Shown piece after piece: positions 22,577 through 25,705 of a DNA stretch of 25,705 nt. The notes under the pieces were generated by a model. That model was not told the DNA's origin, ran no database searches, and was given only the letters and a program-made list of their open reading frames with translations. Location: the IMG/VR virus record IMGVR_UViG_3300009095_001359, positions 1-25,705 of that record; one strand, 5' to 3'. This DNA is from a virus (taxonomy: Duplodnaviria > Caudoviricetes). The position numbers and the translations under genes are program-made. Every line of letters starts with the position of its first letter. Positions within the stretch are counted from its first letter, which is position 1.

Positions 22577-24055
22577 TCAGGAAGTCACAGGATCAGTCCA
22601 TGAAACATACAACCATTTCGCTTTAGAGCCAGCAGGCGTAGGGATAGGCACTAGCAGCGTACGGTCATGCCCTGAGACAGCCTCTGGAGGCTTAGGAGCC
22701 TCATCCTGTACATAGACCAGGGCTCGCAGATCTAGAGCAGCTAGAGCCCGGTTCCGCTCCTCATCAGATGCGGTCCCCCACCACTCACCGTATGTGTCGC
22801 CGGTAGGCTGCATCTCCCACCTGTCCGTTGTAGCCTCCGCAGCTACTAGCTCACGCCTCCTATCTGTGAGCCTGCGCAGACGAGACAGATATCCTTCCCT
22901 ATCGTCGTCATAGAGGCCAGCCTCTGACTCCTCCCTCAGCCCCTCAATGTTCCGGTTAACTCTCGTTAGCTCCTCGGACACATCATTACCAGGAACAAAA
23001 ACCCTACGCACCCTAGGAGCATCCCCCAGAGCGTCCAAAAACACTCCTGACACTATTTGGTCTAGTCTCGGAACTGCAATACCGAACCGGCCCTTACCAC
23101 ACTCGTGCGTAGCGTGCTTATAGTGCAAATACCGCACGCCTCTACTGGTGGATATGCCCTTGACCATATTCCTACCGCAATCTCCACAGGCCAGCAGTCC
23201 TCTAAGCATCAGACGCGCTGTAGATCCGTAAACCTCAGACCTGCCAGACTGTAGGCTTTTCAGCTCATGATATTCAGCATCAGAGATGACCGGCGCACAG
23301 TACTGGACAGGCTCCCCTGAACTGTCACGCTCTACACGCTGAACTGATCGCTTCTCGCCCCTAGGCGTATAGACTCTCCAGCCTATTAGCCTCTCAGGCA
23401 TTAGCAGAGCATTCACTCTGGCAGGAGAGTAGTCAATCGATTTAGCGATCCTGTTAATGGATTCGCCAGCTAGCCTAGGCTCAATCACATGCTCTCTGAG
23501 CCATCTAACCCTGTCAGGGATCAACTCCAGGTAATAGCCTGTATCTTTCTGGACTGCTTTAGTCCACCAGGGTCCTTTGCCTGAACTGAGCCTGCCCTGT
23601 TTGCGCAGATGCTGGTGAGTAGAGGCTACTCTGTCAGCGATCATTGACCGCTCCCATTCTGCAAGTGCTGACAGAATGGTGATAATCATTTTCCCGCCAG
23701 GGGTAGTCGTATCGATATTAATATCGGTTACTGCGATATCTTTTCCTCTGGAGTGCAGCCAGTCCACCAGCTGCAGAAACTCCCTGGTTTTTCGGCCGAA
23801 ACGATCAATCTTCCAGCCAACCAGGATGTCATAGTTGACGCACCGTTCCTCTGTCAGCCACTCTCGCAGACCCTCACGCTCGAATGGTGATGTCGCCCCG
23901 GACACACCCTCATCAATGGCCCAGCCTACAATCACGTAACCGTGAACAGCCGCCCATGCGGTGATTATATCCTTTTGCTTCTGTATTGAGGTAGATTCGT
24001 CCGTTTCGACCGAAAGGCGCAGGACTCCAACCACTCTCCGCTGCTGTCTGCTCAT
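22577..24055 (-). CDS. int: Large serine integrase
   Basis: LRLS catalytic Ser, DEGVSG, KIDRFGR, AEWER, LRGLLACGDCG zinc ribbon; true start likely ATG 24055 with TATGCT -10 6 nt upstream (leaderless). Confidence 0.93.
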   Translation of the reverse strand: MSRQQRRVVGVLRLSVETDESTSIQKQKDIITAWAAVHGYVIVGWAIDEGVSGATSPFEREGLREWLTEERCVNYDILVGWKIDRFGRKTREFLQLVDWLHSRGKDIAVTDINIDTTTPGGKMIITILSALAEWERSMIADRVASTHQHLRKQGRLSSGKGPWWTKAVQKDTGYYLELIPDRVRWLREHVIEPRLAGESINRIAKSIDYSPARVNALLMPERLIGWRVYTPRGEKRSVQRVERDSSGEPVQYCAPVISDAEYHELKSLQSGRSEVYGSTARLMLRGLLACGDCGRNMVKGISTSRGVRYLHYKHATHECGKGRFGIAVPRLDQIVSGVFLDALGDAPRVRRVFVPGNDVSEELTRVNRNIEGLREESEAGLYDDDREGYLSRLRRLTDRRRELVAAEATTDRWEMQPTGDTYGEWWGTASDEERNRALAALDLRALVYVQDEAPKPPEAVSGHDRTLLVPIPTPAGSKAKWLYVSWTDPVTS

Positions 24056-24256
24056 CAGGGCAGCATAGCAATCTCTGCGTTTCGGTCCAACCTTGGGTCC
24101 AGCACAGATACGAAACACATATCCAAACCAGCAGCTCAGAAGGCTAGCACGCTGACAGGCAGACCCTGTAGTACGAAGCTCGTAACAGTCTGCTAGGCTG
24201 AACGTCTCTCGGATAGCTGACCTACTGAGAGACACAATCAAATACCACGGCATAGC

Positions 24257-24297
24257 AAAACCCCCCCTGCTGAGTCAGAACAGCAGGGGGGGTTTTT
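24257..24297. terminator. Terminator after lysis cassette
   Basis: AAAA-CCCCCCCTGCTG-8 nt-CAGCAGGGGGGG-TTTTT. Confidence 0.88.
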
Positions 24298-24319
24298 CGT
24301 GGTAGGTACGAACAGGTTA

Positions 24320-24514
24320 CTAGTCTGTAGGCTTATCCGCAAGGTTGCCCAGGGAGACAGCAGGACTATAGCCCAGCAGAGCAGCAGCCAGAGCTAACCA
24401 GCCTGCAGTCTCGTCCAGGTTCAGTACACCATAAGTACCTAGCAGCCCAGCGCCAGCAACGGCCACCAGGTACAGGTACTTTCGAGTACCCTTCGATAGC
24501 TTTGGAAGCTTCAT
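24320..24514 (-). CDS. Holin
   Basis: RKYLY then two TM segments; directly downstream of the endolysin. Confidence 0.82.
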   Translation of the reverse strand: MKLPKLSKGTRKYLYLVAVAGAGLLGTYGVLNLDETAGWLALAAALLGYSPAVSLGNLADKPTD

Positions 24515-24515
24515 A

Positions 24516-25349
24516 TTAGCCCTTCAGTAGTCTCGTGTAAGTGTTCTTTCCGACAATCCCGTCAACAGCTAGGCTCTTGTGGCGCTGGAAACTGCGGATA
24601 GCAGCATCAGTACCAGAGCCAGCGATCCCGTCAGGCACACCATTAGCCTTAAACGACTTCGCAGGCGGGAAACCGTTAGCTGCTAGCAGAGACTGCACCC
24701 GCTTAGCTGAGGCTCCCTTAGAGCCCTTCTTTACAGTCGGTAGTGACATAATCAGTGACACACTCCAATCATTGCTGGGCTTAGGGGTACTCGGCTTAGG
24801 GGTTGAAGGTGTAGAGGGCTTAGGATCGCTCTGAGAGGCTTTACCGGTCAGCACTTCCACGATGCCTTTCAGCATCGCCCAGTCATTCACGTACTTGCGG
24901 AAAATCGAGATGTGCAAGTGCCACAGGTGAGAATCGTCCGCGTAAGTAACGTACGGTGCTCCCGTGGAAGACTTCTTACCGAGACCGAACACAGAACCAT
25001 TACGGCCATTAGTAGTGTTCAGCGAACCATAGAATTCCTTGATAGCTCTGACACGCGGATCACGAGCGTTAAAGGCATCCCGCAGGCGCTTAGTCAGCTT
25101 ACGCATATCAGCAGAACTCTTAGGCGTAATATCGATAGCAGCCGCAGCATCAGCAGGTCCCTGCAGATCCTCAGCTAGAACAATCGAGTAATTCCCAGGA
25201 TGCTTAGCCCTGTTGTAATTCCGTGACGAGTGATACCCGCTTTTCTTGGCTACAATCCCTGAGCCCCTAGCTCCAGGAATGCCCTTTACTGTTTCATTGT
25301 ATAAGCGCATTGTAGCGGGATACGCTTTCCCAGCATCTACCATCTTCAC
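24516..25349 (-). CDS. Endolysin (Zn peptidase-like H/D/HxH domain + PG-binding domain)
   Basis: GYH..AIDI..HLWHLHIS; Pro/Ser linker; DGIAGSGT..FQ....L.VDGIVG. Confidence 0.88.
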   Translation of the reverse strand: MKMVDAGKAYPATMRLYNETVKGIPGARGSGIVAKKSGYHSSRNYNRAKHPGNYSIVLAEDLQGPADAAAAIDITPKSSADMRKLTKRLRDAFNARDPRVRAIKEFYGSLNTTNGRNGSVFGLGKKSSTGAPYVTYADDSHLWHLHISIFRKYVNDWAMLKGIVEVLTGKASQSDPKPSTPSTPKPSTPKPSNDWSVSLIMSLPTVKKGSKGASAKRVQSLLAANGFPPAKSFKANGVPDGIAGSGTDAAIRSFQRHKSLAVDGIVGKNTYTRLLKG

Positions 25350-25356
25350 AGACTCC

Positions 25357-25705
25357 TTACCATGATCGGGTTGCAGCAGTTTTGCGACGGGTCACAGGCT
25401 CACGCTTCGCATACCATTCCGCGATAGCTTCTTGCGTCCAGTGCGGCCTGCCTTCAGCCCTTGCCATACAGGTAGCGATACCAGGATCGATACAGACACT
25501 GTCAGAGTGCAGGATCTGTGCCTCAGCTGTAGGGCTAGCTGAGACGATCCATGCTCGCCTGCCTGACCTGACTACCTCAGTAGTGGCTACGTCGCGCAGC
25601 TTGGCCGCTAGAGCCTTTATCGCCCCTGGATGATCGTGAGTCGACCCAGAGCCGAGAGCTTGCGCCAGTAGGTCAGCGTCAATCACGATATCGTCAGGAT
25701 GTTTA
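25357..25705 (-). CDS. P-loop/AAA_33-like protein, truncated by window edge
   Basis: Frame stays open to the edge (KHPDDIVIDADLLAQALGS...DPG...C..RA). Confidence 0.6.
   Translation of the reverse strand, partial: KHPDDIVIDADLLAQALGSGSTHDHPGAIKALAAKLRDVATTEVVRSGRRAWIVSASPTAEAQILHSDSVCIDPGIATCMARAEGRPHWTQEAIAEWYAKREPVTRRKTAATRSW

Noticed and set aside
24056-24253. N-terminal 66 aa of the 558 aa integrase ORF
   Set aside because: The recombinase domain starts at MSRQQ (24055), with a -10 just upstream

Overview
This window is the right arm plus the integration/lysis region of a temperate actinobacteriophage. Its layout resembles mycobacteriophage cluster A and related Streptomyces phages. The host is probably a sporulating actinomycete, because the phage carries an SsgA-like gene. 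On the minus strand at the left end are an HNH endonuclease and an operon of 13 tRNA or tRNA-like genes, interrupted by one ORF and three structured non-tRNA segments. A ~500 bp control region follows. The plus strand then carries an L5 gp71-like immunity repressor, a Cas4/RecB-like nuclease, many small early genes, tRNA-Arg(CCT), a DnaB-like helicase, EndoVII, a split primase, a metallophosphoesterase, a sigma-like factor, PolA, ThyX, dNMP kinase, class II RNR, dUTPase and SsgA. On the minus strand at the right end are a large serine integrase, holin, endolysin and an edge-truncated P-loop protein. The most striking signals are non-coding: (1) five promoters with one palindromic operator in their spacers; (2) two rRNA-boxA-like motifs, which with a leaderless repressor promoter and a terminator suggest an antitermination-based lysis/lysogeny switch; (3) mini tRNA-like elements and covarying stem-loops punctuating the early transcript; (4) structured RNAs in the tRNA operon, one exposing a loop complementary to the phage's own RBS motif. 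All calls were made by eye; no searches or folding programs were run.
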